From Thermodesulfovibrionales bacterium (lineage in GTDB: Bacteria; Nitrospirota; Thermodesulfovibrionia; Thermodesulfovibrionales; UBA6898): a stretch of DNA of 64,000 nucleotides. Location: positions 64,001 through 128,000 of the forward strand of contig JBIOIY010000003.1 in NCBI GenBank assembly GCA_044450345.1, given 5' to 3'. The notes beneath the pieces were generated by a model. The model was not told the origin of the DNA and searched no databases. It worked only from the letters and a program-made list of their open reading frames with translations. The position numbers and the translations under genes were made by a program. Positions 1 through 9,138 of this stretch are shown piece by piece. Position 1 is the stretch's first letter. The number at the start of each line of letters is the position of its first letter.

Positions 1-151
1 TCAAAGATTATATCTCGGACAAATATCCCGGGTAATGATTTCTTGCGAGTGAGATTTATATGAAGTAAATAAAGGAGGTGACGGCCGGAGCGTAACGTTT
101 TTTTAGGGGTGTTTTCGCCTTACCGATATTTATTACAAAAGGAGGAGTTTA

Positions 152-2251
152 ATGAGTGGACTTAGTAATACTATATTATTTGCCTTAGGTTGCGGAGTGT
201 TGGGCGTTATATACGCGGTGATTACCGCAATGTGGGTTTCAAAGCAGGACGCAGGAAGTGCGAAGATGCAGGAGATATCAAATGCTGTTAAAGAGGGAGC
301 TTATGCCTTCCTTGCCCGCGAATATAAAACTGTTGCGATGGTGGCTGTCGTATTGGTTATCATAATTGCTGCAATACCGAGCCTTGGCATGTGGCCGGCT
401 ATTGGCTTCATAATTGGAACTGTAGGTTCGGCACTTGCCGGGTTTGTTGGTATGTGGGTTACTGTCCGCGCAAACGTACGCACCACACAGGCTGCGTACA
501 AGGGGCTACAGGCTGCGCTCGGCCTTGCATTCAAAGGAGGCTCGGTGACCGGCGTTATGGTGGTTGGTCTTGGAATTATAGGCCTTGCAAGTTTTTATTT
601 TATAGCAAAGCAGGCAAATCTGGAAAATCCTGAAATTGCATTCCAGGCACTAATCGGTCTCGGCTTCGGATGCTCACTCATGAGCGTGTTTGCCCGTATC
701 GCAGGCGGTATTTACACAAAGGCTGCAGACGTAGGCGCCGACCTGGTCGGAAAAGTCGAAGCAGGAATTCCTGAAGATGATCCCAGAAACCCTGCGGTTA
801 TCGCTGACAACGTCGGTGACAACGTAGGCGACTGCGCAGGTATGGCGGCTGACCTTTATGAGACATACACGGTGACGCTCGTTGCAGCAATGCTCCTTGC
901 CAAGACGGTTTTCGGCGCTGAAAGCCCGTGGGTGGAATTTCCGATGCTCCTCGGCGGAATATCGATCATCGCTTCCATTATCGGCACATTTGCGGTAAAA
1001 CTCGGCAAGAATCAGTATATCATGGGGGCCCTCTATAAGGGACTCGCTGTTGCAGGCGTACTTGCGGCAATAACATTTTATATTGTGACAGGCAAGTTTC
1101 TGCAAAGCCCGGAGGCACAGGCTTCAGTAGCTGCACACCCGTCATTTACGCAGATGAATGTTTTCCTTATGGCACTAATCGGCCTTGCATTGACCGGCCT
1201 CATCGTGGCTATAACGGAATACTTTACCGCTAAGGAATATGGCCCGGTGCAACATATTGCAAAGGCCAGTCTTACCGGTCACGGCACAAACGTCATTGCA
1301 GGCCTTGCAGTCAGCATGAAATCAACCGGCGCACCTGTTCTCGTTATTGTTGCCTCAATCCTGGGCGCCTATCATCTGGGCGGCGGATTTGCCGGTGATG
1401 CAGCGGGCGGCCTTTTTGCTATCGCATTGTCAGCGGTTTCGATGCTTTCGATGACCGGTATCGTTGTCGCTATCGACTCATATGGCCCGATCACGGACAA
1501 TGCAGGCGGTATCGCAGAGATGTCGGGACTGCCTGAAGAGATCCGTAACATCACCGACCCATTGGATGCGGTCGGAAACACGACAAAGGCTGTTACTAAG
1601 GGTTATGCGATCGGTTCGGCGGGACTTGCAGCCCTGGTCCTTTTTGCAGAGTATTCGAGATCATTCGGTGCAACTCTTGCTTTTGACCTTTCGAACCCCA
1701 TGGTTTTGGCGGGTCTCTTTATCGGAGGGCTTCTTCCTTACTACTTCGGATCACTTCTTATGGAGGCTGTCGGAAAGGCAGCAGGCAGCATTGTCGAAGA
1801 GGTGAGAAGACAGTTCAGGGAGATCCCCGGCATTATGGAATACAAGGCAAAGCCGGAATACGGCAAGTGCGTTGACATTGTCACAAAAGGCGCTATCAAG
1901 CAGATGATGCTCCCTGCTCTTATCCCGGTAGTGGTTCCTATCGTGGTAGGTCTTCTCCTTGGCAGAGAAGCCCTAGGCGGAGTTCTTATCGGGAGTATAC
2001 TGACCGGACTCTTCCAGGCGATCGCCATGACAAGCGGCGGCGGTGCATGGGACAACGCCAAGAAATCTTTTGAAGACGGCGTTACCGACGACAAAGGCGT
2101 CGTGCATAAGAAGGGTAGCGATGGGCATAAAGCCTCTGTCACAGGCGATACAGTCGGCGATCCTTACAAGGACACTGCGGGCCCGGCTATCAACCCGATG
2201 ATCAAGGTCATCAACATCGTTGCACTCTTGATCGTTCCAATGATGAAATAG
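152..2251 (+). CDS. hppA: Membrane-bound H+-translocating pyrophosphatase, probably K+-independent
   Basis: Motifs [43 protein letters not shown] (Lys) variant typical of K+-independent enzymes; GGAGGAG RBS. Confidence 0.97.
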   Translation: MSGLSNTILFALGCGVLGVIYAVITAMWVSKQDAGSAKMQEISNAVKEGAYAFLAREYKTVAMVAVVLVIIIAAIPSLGMWPAIGFIIGTVGSALAGFVGMWVTVRANVRTTQAAYKGLQAALGLAFKGGSVTGVMVVGLGIIGLASFYFIAKQANLENPEIAFQALIGLGFGCSLMSVFARIAGGIYTKAADVGADLVGKVEAGIPEDDPRNPAVIADNVGDNVGDCAGMAADLYETYTVTLVAAMLLAKTVFGAESPWVEFPMLLGGISIIASIIGTFAVKLGKNQYIMGALYKGLAVAGVLAAITFYIVTGKFLQSPEAQASVAAHPSFTQMNVFLMALIGLALTGLIVAITEYFTAKEYGPVQHIAKASLTGHGTNVIAGLAVSMKSTGAPVLVIVASILGAYHLGGGFAGDAAGGLFAIALSAVSMLSMTGIVVAIDSYGPITDNAGGIAEMSGLPEEIRNITDPLDAVGNTTKAVTKGYAIGSAGLAALVLFAEYSRSFGATLAFDLSNPMVLAGLFIGGLLPYYFGSLLMEAVGKAAGSIVEEVRRQFREIPGIMEYKAKPEYGKCVDIVTKGAIKQMMLPALIPVVVPIVVGLLLGREALGGVLIGSILTGLFQAIAMTSGGGAWDNAKKSFEDGVTDDKGVVHKKGSDGHKASVTGDTVGDPYKDTAGPAINPMIKVINIVALLIVPMMK

Positions 2252-2273
2252 TTTGAGTAGTTAATAAAAGTGG

Positions 2274-2308
2274 AAAGCCGATTCCAGGGCATCGGAATCG
2301 GCTTTTTT
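2274..2308 (+). terminator. Rho-independent terminator after hppA
   Basis: AAAGCCGATTCC-loop-GGAATCGGCTTT followed by T run. Confidence 0.85.
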
Positions 2309-2445
2309 GTTATAATGGAGATGTTAGAAAAAGGCGTTTTAAAGATGCATGCAGATTTTTGTCATGGTAATTTCCCGATAGAACCAAAATTTAGTATGGG
2401 GTATTTTGTAAGAATATGGTGTGAGTTTTTTGAAAGGATGTAAAG

Positions 2446-3390
2446 ATGGCGATCGACGAGAAAGACTTCAATAAGAAAATGAAAGAAGTAAAGAGTAAAC
2501 TGAAACAGAGCGTTATTGTTCCGCAGCAGCTTACGCGAAATGACAAGATTAATTTCAGATGCTATCCGGGAATCGGATGTTTCACAAAGTGCTGCAGCGG
2601 GATACGAATAAATCTTACTCCCTATGATATCTACCGGTTGAAGAAAAGGCTCGGCTTGTCCTATCACGACTTTCTCATGGAATATACGGTGCCGAGATCG
2701 GTCGACGGAACTCCCCTGCCGATCGTCGTGCTCAAGCTCAAAAAAGACGCGGCGAAATCCTGTCCATTTGTCACCCCTGAAGGCTGTACGGTCTATACCG
2801 ACCGGCCCGTGACCTGCCGCTATTATCCGATAGGAATGGCGATCATGAAAAAGTATGACAAGGAGACCGGCCAGGACTTTTTCATCAAGATCAAGGAAGA
2901 CCATTGCCTCGGACATAAGGAAGACAAGGAGTGGACAATCGACGAATGGCGGGCGGACCAGGAGTCCGATCTCTACGATGAGATGAATAGCGACTGGATG
3001 GAGGTTGTGCTCAAGGCAAAAACACTCGGTATAGTAGAGTTCGGCCAGAAATCGCTCGACCTCTTCTTCATGGTCAGTTCCAACCTCGACATGTTCAGGG
3101 ACTTTGTCTTTAGCAGCAATTTCCTGGACGCCTATGAGGTTGATCCGGCGGTCGTCGAACGGATAAAGAATGACGAACTGGAGCTTCTGAAATTCTCGCT
3201 GAAATGGCTCAGGTTCACGATGTTCGGCGAGGGTGACTTCAAGGTCAAAGACGAGGCCCGGCAGCGCGCAAAGGAGCGACAGCAGGCGGCCGCGCTCGAA
3301 AAGGCCAGGCTGAAGGAAGAGCGCGCGAAGAAGGCGCTCGCAAAGACGCCGGAAGAGGTTATGAAAGAGGCCGACCGGGAGGAAGAGTAA
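2446..3390 (+). CDS. YkgJ-family (CxxxCxxCC) putative Zn/Fe-chelating protein
   Basis: C..CFTKCC, CPF..GCTVY..RPVTCRYYP cysteine pattern. Confidence 0.8.
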   Translation: MAIDEKDFNKKMKEVKSKLKQSVIVPQQLTRNDKINFRCYPGIGCFTKCCSGIRINLTPYDIYRLKKRLGLSYHDFLMEYTVPRSVDGTPLPIVVLKLKKDAAKSCPFVTPEGCTVYTDRPVTCRYYPIGMAIMKKYDKETGQDFFIKIKEDHCLGHKEDKEWTIDEWRADQESDLYDEMNSDWMEVVLKAKTLGIVEFGQKSLDLFFMVSSNLDMFRDFVFSSNFLDAYEVDPAVVERIKNDELELLKFSLKWLRFTMFGEGDFKVKDEARQRAKERQQAAALEKARLKEERAKKALAKTPEEVMKEADREEE

Positions 3391-3394
3391 AGGC

Positions 3395-3922
3395 CTATTT
3401 CCCAGAGGGCGCCGGCCGTTTTGAATATAGCTTTTCTACTTCCTCCAGAATGTCCTCTTTCAGCTTCGCCAACTTTTCCCTAAATAAATCGTTTTCCAGA
3501 ATTTCTTTGGGAAGTGCCTCAAATCGTCTGGCAATCGTGTCGCGCAGGAATTCCCCTCCCTGTCTTACCTGCTGGTCAATTGAGGATTGGGTATTGTTCG
3601 TAGTCGCAATCAACTGAAAGACGAGGTCGTTGTTAGCAGCCAGTCTCTGGTCGATCGATCCTAAAACAGTGAGCACCTGATCGAGTCTGTCGGCGCTCTG
3701 CTTGGCGGAGATGGCAGAGAGCTGGGAAAGACCGAATATCTGTCCGTCGCAGACGCCGGGAAGAGCAACATCGGTAGGCGGAACCCATCTGCCTACACAA
3801 ATTTGGGGCCCCCTCTCACCCGTGATAAAGGTGTAGCCTTCACCCCCCTGACCTTGTGCCGGCAATGTACCCGCGATAAAAAATACCAGCCAGAGAGCCG
3901 TAATGCAGATTAATGTCTTCAT
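3395..3922 (-). CDS. Hypothetical exported protein
   Basis: Signal-peptide-like N-terminus, AGGAGGAG RBS, two Cys and a helical C-terminal half. Confidence 0.65.
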   Translation of the reverse strand: MKTLICITALWLVFFIAGTLPAQGQGGEGYTFITGERGPQICVGRWVPPTDVALPGVCDGQIFGLSQLSAISAKQSADRLDQVLTVLGSIDQRLAANNDLVFQLIATTNNTQSSIDQQVRQGGEFLRDTIARRFEALPKEILENDLFREKLAKLKEDILEEVEKLYSKRPAPSGK

Positions 3923-4048
3923 ATCTCCTCCTGCCTTATTTGAAGACCACAGTGAATTTCCAGTCTTCTTCTAGTTATTATTTATCACAAAAGAGGCGGC
4001 TTGTCATTCCAGTAGACGGCAGAAATTGTTTCGCATGTATAATAGTGT

Positions 4049-4951
4049 ATGATTGTGACCGGCATTGGACAGTGCTCTCTTGATCATCTTGCACTCATAG
4101 ATATTTATCCGCCGGCCGATACCAAGAAAGAGATACTCGAATTGCATGAGCAGGGAGGCGGTCCGGTCGCTACTGCACTCGTCGCCCTCTCCCGCTGGGG
4201 AGTCAAATGCAGGTTTCACGGGGTCGTCGGCGATGATGATGCCGGGAAGAAGATACAGCTCTCTCTTATCGAAGAAGGCGTTGCCGTTTCGGGGCTGGTT
4301 GTTCGAAAAAAGGCCGTGTCGCAGGTCGCCTTCATCGCGATAGAGAAAGAAACGGCCACGCGGACAATATTCTGGAGGAGCCCAGGCGGCAGGCTGCTGC
4401 AGCCGGAAGAACTCGGCGCTGATTTTCTCGATGGCAGCGCGTTACTTCTTCTCGACGGCCTGATGATCGACGTCTCGATATATGCTGCTGAAAAGGCGAG
4501 AGAGTACGGCATTCCTATAATGCTCGATGCCGGAAGATTGCGAGCCGGCATGCCTGATCTTATTAAACTCTCTGATTACGTGGTGGCTTCCGAGGAGTTC
4601 GCCAGAGATCTCGGATGGGACCCATGTCGTGAAACTCTTCTGAGGGAAAGAGAAAATCTCGGGGTAAAAGTCCTTACCGTCACGCTGGGAGAAAGTGGAA
4701 GCATGACCGCATCATCAGATAACGACTACATTGAAATACCCGCTTTTCAGGTGCATGCGGTCGATACGACAGGCGCGGGAGATGTCTTCCACGGAGGGTA
4801 TATCTACGGACTTCTGAAGAATTGGAGCATCAAAGAGACCGTCACCTTTGCTTCGGCCGCAGCAGCCATAAAGTGCGCAAAGATCGGAGGCAGGTACGGC
4901 ATACCCAGACTCAGCGAAGTAGAGGAGTTTTTGAGTGCAAGAGGACGGTGA
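4049..4951 (+). CDS. PfkB-family carbohydrate kinase
   Basis: GGGPVAT and DTTGAGDVFHGG signatures. Confidence 0.92.
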   Translation: MIVTGIGQCSLDHLALIDIYPPADTKKEILELHEQGGGPVATALVALSRWGVKCRFHGVVGDDDAGKKIQLSLIEEGVAVSGLVVRKKAVSQVAFIAIEKETATRTIFWRSPGGRLLQPEELGADFLDGSALLLLDGLMIDVSIYAAEKAREYGIPIMLDAGRLRAGMPDLIKLSDYVVASEEFARDLGWDPCRETLLRERENLGVKVLTVTLGESGSMTASSDNDYIEIPAFQVHAVDTTGAGDVFHGGYIYGLLKNWSIKETVTFASAAAAIKCAKIGGRYGIPRLSEVEEFLSARGR

Positions 4952-6194
4952 TGCCAAGTTGGTGCCCTTTCCCATAACACCGGCCTATGGCAGATATGCG
5001 CTTGCTCTTCTCTTTGCAGTCAACCTTCTCAATTACATAGACCGGCAAGTGCTTTTTGCTGTTTTTCCTCTGATCAAGACTGAACTGCATCTGTCAGATA
5101 CAGCCCTTGGATTCCTTGGAAGCGGATTCATGGTGTCTTATATGGCGTCAGCCCCGTTGCTCGGATGGTTCGGGGATCGTTACGGGCGGGTGAAGCTGGC
5201 GGGCATGGGCCTGTCGGTTTGGAGTATCGCCACCGCAGCCACAGGTATGGCCGGGCGCTACAGCACTATCCTGGCGAGTCGCGCCACCGTGGGTATAGGC
5301 GAGGCAAGTTTTGGGACTGTGTCCCCTGGACTGATTTCAGACTATTTCCCGAAGGAGCGCCGCGGCAGTGTCCTTTCTTTTTTTTACCTTGCGATACCGG
5401 TCGGCAGTGCGGTCGGCTATATCTTGGGCGGTGTTCTCGGACAGGCGTTTGGATGGCATTCCGCCTTTTTTATTGTTGGAATTCCGGGACTTGCGCTGGC
5501 TGTTCCTCTCTTTCTCCTCCGGGAACCCAGGCGAGGGGCCACAGAGAAAGATGCGAAACTCTCTGTTCCTCACCCCGCAGATTATGTATCGCTTTTCAAG
5601 AACCGTTCTTTTGTGATTGCTACGCTGGCCATGGCCGCCATGACCTTTGCTATGGGTGGATTGGCCCAGTGGCTCCCGACGTTTTTCTACAGGACGCACG
5701 GGCAGAGTATTGCCGCGGGCAATGCGCTGTTCGGTACCATCACGGTAATATCTGGGATTGCCGGCACGCTTACCGGCGGGTGGCTCGGCGACAGATTCCA
5801 GAAAGGAAGCGGTAAGGGATATTTAATGGTCTCCGGCATGGGGTTTCTTGCGGGGACTCCATTTGCGGTGTACGCCCTCGTCTCCTCTTCATTCCCTGGC
5901 TGTCTCACTGCAATCTTTTTTGCCGAGTTTTTTCTCTTCTTTAATACCGGACCGCTCAATACGACGATTGTCAATGTTACAAACCCCTCTGTGAGGGCTA
6001 TGGCCTTTGCCGTCAATATTTTCTTCATCCATGCACTTGGAGACGCCGTATCACCGGCGATACTCGGCCGTCTTTCCGATATCTGGGGGCTGAGGACAGC
6101 ACTCCTGATAACGCCTTTCATGATACTCCTGGCTGCCGGGTTCTCATTTCTCTGTACCCGGTTTGTCGAAAAAGACTCGTGCGGAAGTGTGTAA
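4935..6194 (+). CDS. MFS transporter (spinster-like)
   Basis: LLNYIDRQ, GDRYGR motif A, ~12 hydrophobic segments; start position uncertain. Confidence 0.88.
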   Translation: MQEDGDAKLVPFPITPAYGRYALALLFAVNLLNYIDRQVLFAVFPLIKTELHLSDTALGFLGSGFMVSYMASAPLLGWFGDRYGRVKLAGMGLSVWSIATAATGMAGRYSTILASRATVGIGEASFGTVSPGLISDYFPKERRGSVLSFFYLAIPVGSAVGYILGGVLGQAFGWHSAFFIVGIPGLALAVPLFLLREPRRGATEKDAKLSVPHPADYVSLFKNRSFVIATLAMAAMTFAMGGLAQWLPTFFYRTHGQSIAAGNALFGTITVISGIAGTLTGGWLGDRFQKGSGKGYLMVSGMGFLAGTPFAVYALVSSSFPGCLTAIFFAEFFLFFNTGPLNTTIVNVTNPSVRAMAFAVNIFFIHALGDAVSPAILGRLSDIWGLRTALLITPFMILLAAGFSFLCTRFVEKDSCGSV

Positions 6195-6221
6195 AGCCCT
6201 TTGTCTTACGAAGAGACCTCT

Positions 6222-6248
6222 GGACGGGACATGGTCTCGTCCTTTTTA
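6222..6248 (+). terminator. Probable terminator after MFS gene
   Basis: GGACGGGAC-ATG-GTCTCGTCC followed by T tract. Confidence 0.55.
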
Positions 6249-6342
6249 TTTTGAAAGGTTCGCCTGGACTCTGTGGCTTTAAGGTCTGTTATAATGTAGC
6301 CAGATACTTCGGCAAGGACAGAAAAGAGTATAAGGGTGATAT

Positions 6343-6600
6343 ATGAGCGGCGGAGAACTTGTAATAATTTTCATCGTGGCGTTCCTGGTTTTCGGGCCTA
6401 AGAGACTGCCTGAATTGGCGAGAACGCTGGGCAAATTGCTTTTCGAGTTAAAGAAGGCTGCGCAAGACGTTAAGGTCCACATGGAAACGGAGATCGACTC
6501 GGCGGAAAAAGAAACGAAAGAAGAAACGAAAGAAGAAAAAACACCCGAGGAGGCGCCATCGCACGAGAAGCCGGCGGATGAGGCCGAAAAAAATAAGTGA
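6343..6600 (+). CDS. Twin-arginine translocase TatA/TatB-family subunit
   Basis: ELVIIFIVAFLVFGPKRLPELAR: TM plus amphipathic helix and charged tail; TatA versus TatB not resolved. Confidence 0.88.
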   Translation: MSGGELVIIFIVAFLVFGPKRLPELARTLGKLLFELKKAAQDVKVHMETEIDSAEKETKEETKEEKTPEEAPSHEKPADEAEKNK

Positions 6601-6611
6601 GCAGGAGAGAA

Positions 6612-7178
6612 TTACTTCAAGCTCAGAAAATTTCTCAGAAGCTCCTTCCCGACGACTGTTAATATCGATTCAGGATGGAACTGGACTCCCTCGATAATAA
6701 ACTCCTTATGCCTGACTCCCATGATCTCACCCTGGTCTGTCCAGGCTGTTATTTCGAGGCAGGCAGGCTTATTCTCCTTCTTAATCAGGAGGGAATGATA
6801 TCTTGTAGCCTCAAAGGGGTCCGGCAGTCCGGCGAAGAGGTTCTTCCCGTCATGGTGGATAAGCGAGGTCTTGCCATGCATCAGCCTCGGGGCACGGATG
6901 ATCTCTCCTCCGAAGGCAGCGCCGATCGACTGGTGGCCGAGGCATACGCCTAAGATAGGCAGCTTGCCCGCAAAGTACTGCACCGTTTCGACCGATATGC
7001 CGGCCTCTTTAGGCGTGCACGGTCCCGGAGATATGACGATCCTCTCAGGAGATATCCTCTCTATCTCTTTGACGGTGATCTTATTGTTCCTGAAGACCCT
7101 GACGTCTTCGCCCAACTCCCCGAGATATTGGACGAGATTATACGTAAACGAATCGTAATTATCTATCATTAAGAGCAT
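6612..7178 (-). CDS. trpG: Anthranilate synthase component II (glutamine amidotransferase)
   Basis: [30 protein letters not shown]; start re-set to ATG 7178 with GAGG RBS. Confidence 0.93.
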   Translation of the reverse strand: MLLMIDNYDSFTYNLVQYLGELGEDVRVFRNNKITVKEIERISPERIVISPGPCTPKEAGISVETVQYFAGKLPILGVCLGHQSIGAAFGGEIIRAPRLMHGKTSLIHHDGKNLFAGLPDPFEATRYHSLLIKKENKPACLEITAWTDQGEIMGVRHKEFIIEGVQFHPESILTVVGKELLRNFLSLK

Positions 7179-7244
7179 GGTTTTTCCCTCTGTTTTGTCT
7201 TTGTATACTTGTCTCGTTAACTTTTCAAACCATCTTTGCACAGC

Positions 7245-7269
7245 AAGGGCACGCGCAACGTGCCCCTAC
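7245..7269 (-). repeat. GTAG-type REP-like palindrome
   Basis: Minus strand GTAGGGGCACG-TTGCG-CGTGCCCTT in the trpE-trpG spacer. Confidence 0.55.
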
Positions 7270-7273
7270 AATT

Positions 7274-8746
7274 TTATCCTAAACCTTCCTCCGCCATGTC
7301 TACAGCCGTCATCATTCCCTTTGCCTTGTTCACCGTCTCCAGATATTCCTTCTCCGGCTCGGAATCCGCGACGATGCCCGCTCCTGCCTGGACATAGACT
7401 TTGCCGTCTTTTATGATAAGGGTCCTTATGGTTATGCAGGTGTCCATATTGCCGGAGTAGCTGAAATATCCGACCGCGCCGGCATAAGGGCCCCTCCTCG
7501 TCGGCTCGAGCTCCTCGATGATCTCCATCGCCCTTACCTTCGGGGCGCCAGACACCGTCCCCGCCGGAAAGCACGCGGCGAGTACATCGAATGCATCGAG
7601 CCCCTCTTTCAGATCTCCCTCGACATTTGATACAAGGTGCATAACGTGGCTGTACCGTTCTACCGTCATCAACTCCGTGACCTTCACCGAACCGATAGTC
7701 GCTACCTTTCCCACGTCGTTTCTGCCCAGGTCCACAAGCATAATATGTTCGGAGATCTCTTTCGGGTCATTTTTCAATTCCTCTTCGAGGGCCTTGTCGG
7801 CAGACTCGGTCTCGCCTCTTTTTCTCGTCCCAGCGATCGGGCGCAGCAGGATCTTTCCGTCTTCAAACCGCACGAGGATCTCCGGAGACGAACCGACTAT
7901 CTTCGCATCTCCTATATCAAGATAATACATGTATGGAGACGGATTGATCACGCGGAGCGCCCGGTAAATATGAAAAGGGTCACCTGCGGCGTCCCGCTCG
8001 AACCTTTGGGAAAGAACCACCTGGACGATATCGCCCGCCATAACATATTCCTTCGACTTTTTGACTGCGGTCAGGAAATCCTGTTTGGAGAAGTTGGAAC
8101 TGATGCCATTTTTTTGCGGGGCTGATGCGGTATCCTCAAGTATAATAGGCGTCCTCAGTTTCGTTATGATATCATCGATCTTCTGCTCCGCTTCCCGATA
8201 TGCCTTATCAGGTAAGTTGTCCTCTATATGGGCGTTCGACACGACCTTTATCTTCTGCCTCAGACTATCGAAAATGAGCATCGTATCGGTCAGCATAAAA
8301 AAGAAGTCCGGGAGTCCGAGGCCCTCTTTTTTGAACTCCTCTATGGGCTCGAAAAACTTCACCATGTCATACCCCATATACCCGACGAGCCCTCCGAAAA
8401 ACCTCGGGAGGCCCTCGATCTCAACGGGTCTGTATCTCGAGATCTCTCTTTTTATGAGATCGACGGGATTGTCCGATTCGACGACAGTGGGCGGTTTCTG
8501 GCCGTTGATAATTTCAACTGTATTCCCTCTGCCTTTGATTACCTTAGAAGGTCTTGAGCCGAGGAAAGAGTACCTTGCCCACTTTTCGCCGCCCTCTACG
8601 CTTTCAAGAAGAAATGAAGGCGTCCCTCCGAGCTTTAAGAAGGCGGTGACCGGCGTGTCCGTATCGGCGAGTATCTCTTTGTAAACCGGGATGAGGTTTC
8701 CCTTTCCGGCTAACTCCTTAAATTTTTTTAAATTTGGGTAAAGCAT
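7274..8746 (-). CDS. trpE: Anthranilate synthase component I
   Basis: LLESVEGGEKWARYSF, NPSPYM, EHIMLVDLGRND, FPAGTVSGAPK. Confidence 0.95.
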   Translation of the reverse strand: MLYPNLKKFKELAGKGNLIPVYKEILADTDTPVTAFLKLGGTPSFLLESVEGGEKWARYSFLGSRPSKVIKGRGNTVEIINGQKPPTVVESDNPVDLIKREISRYRPVEIEGLPRFFGGLVGYMGYDMVKFFEPIEEFKKEGLGLPDFFFMLTDTMLIFDSLRQKIKVVSNAHIEDNLPDKAYREAEQKIDDIITKLRTPIILEDTASAPQKNGISSNFSKQDFLTAVKKSKEYVMAGDIVQVVLSQRFERDAAGDPFHIYRALRVINPSPYMYYLDIGDAKIVGSSPEILVRFEDGKILLRPIAGTRKRGETESADKALEEELKNDPKEISEHIMLVDLGRNDVGKVATIGSVKVTELMTVERYSHVMHLVSNVEGDLKEGLDAFDVLAACFPAGTVSGAPKVRAMEIIEELEPTRRGPYAGAVGYFSYSGNMDTCITIRTLIIKDGKVYVQAGAGIVADSEPEKEYLETVNKAKGMMTAVDMAEEGLG

Positions 8747-8876
8747 ATTGACAAAAATCCCTTGTTAAAATAGTATTTTATACTTTATAATTATATCTTA
8801 TTGGTTGACGATAAGTTAAGCGTTATCCGACAAGATATTATCAGCCGGTTGTCAGGCAGTATTCGGCATGAATAAT

Positions 8877-8951
8877 GCGGGAATAGCTCAGTGGTAGAGC
8901 ACAACCTTGCCAAGGTTGGGGTCGCGGGTTCGAATCCCGTTTCCCGCTCCA
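8877..8951 (+). tRNA. tRNA-Gly(GCC)
   Basis: GCGGGAA acceptor stem, anticodon loop TTGCCAA, GGTTCGAATCC T-arm, encoded CCA. Confidence 0.97.
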
Positions 8952-8959
8952 TAAAAAAA

Positions 8960-9045
8960 GTGAATAGTGAATAGTCTTCAGTGAATAGTAAGAAAACGAC
9001 TATAAAAGAATAAAACCAATTCACCTTTCACAATTTACTTTTCAC
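8960..9045. repeat. Inverted heptamer tandem-repeat pair in the tRNA spacer
   Basis: GTGAATA-type units at 8960-8994 and complementary NNTTCAC-type units at 9018-9045. Confidence 0.65.
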
Positions 9046-9062
9046 GGATTGTATCTTTAAAG

Positions 9063-9138
9063 GGCGGCGTACCCAAGTGGCTAAGGGAGAGGTCTGCAAA
9101 ACCTTTATGCAGCGGTTCAAATCCGCTCGCCGCCTCCA
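9063..9138 (+). tRNA. tRNA-Cys(GCA)
   Basis: GGCGGCG/CGCCGCC acceptor stem, anticodon loop CTGCAAA, GGTTCAAATCC T-arm, T-CCA end. Confidence 0.96.

Noticed and set aside
6511..6534. 12-bp tandem duplication in the tat gene
   Set aside because: An ordinary in-frame ETKE repeat in a low-complexity tail.
8791..9024. 77-aa minus-strand ORF
   Set aside because: It is the antisense reading of tRNA-Gly and the heptamer spacer.
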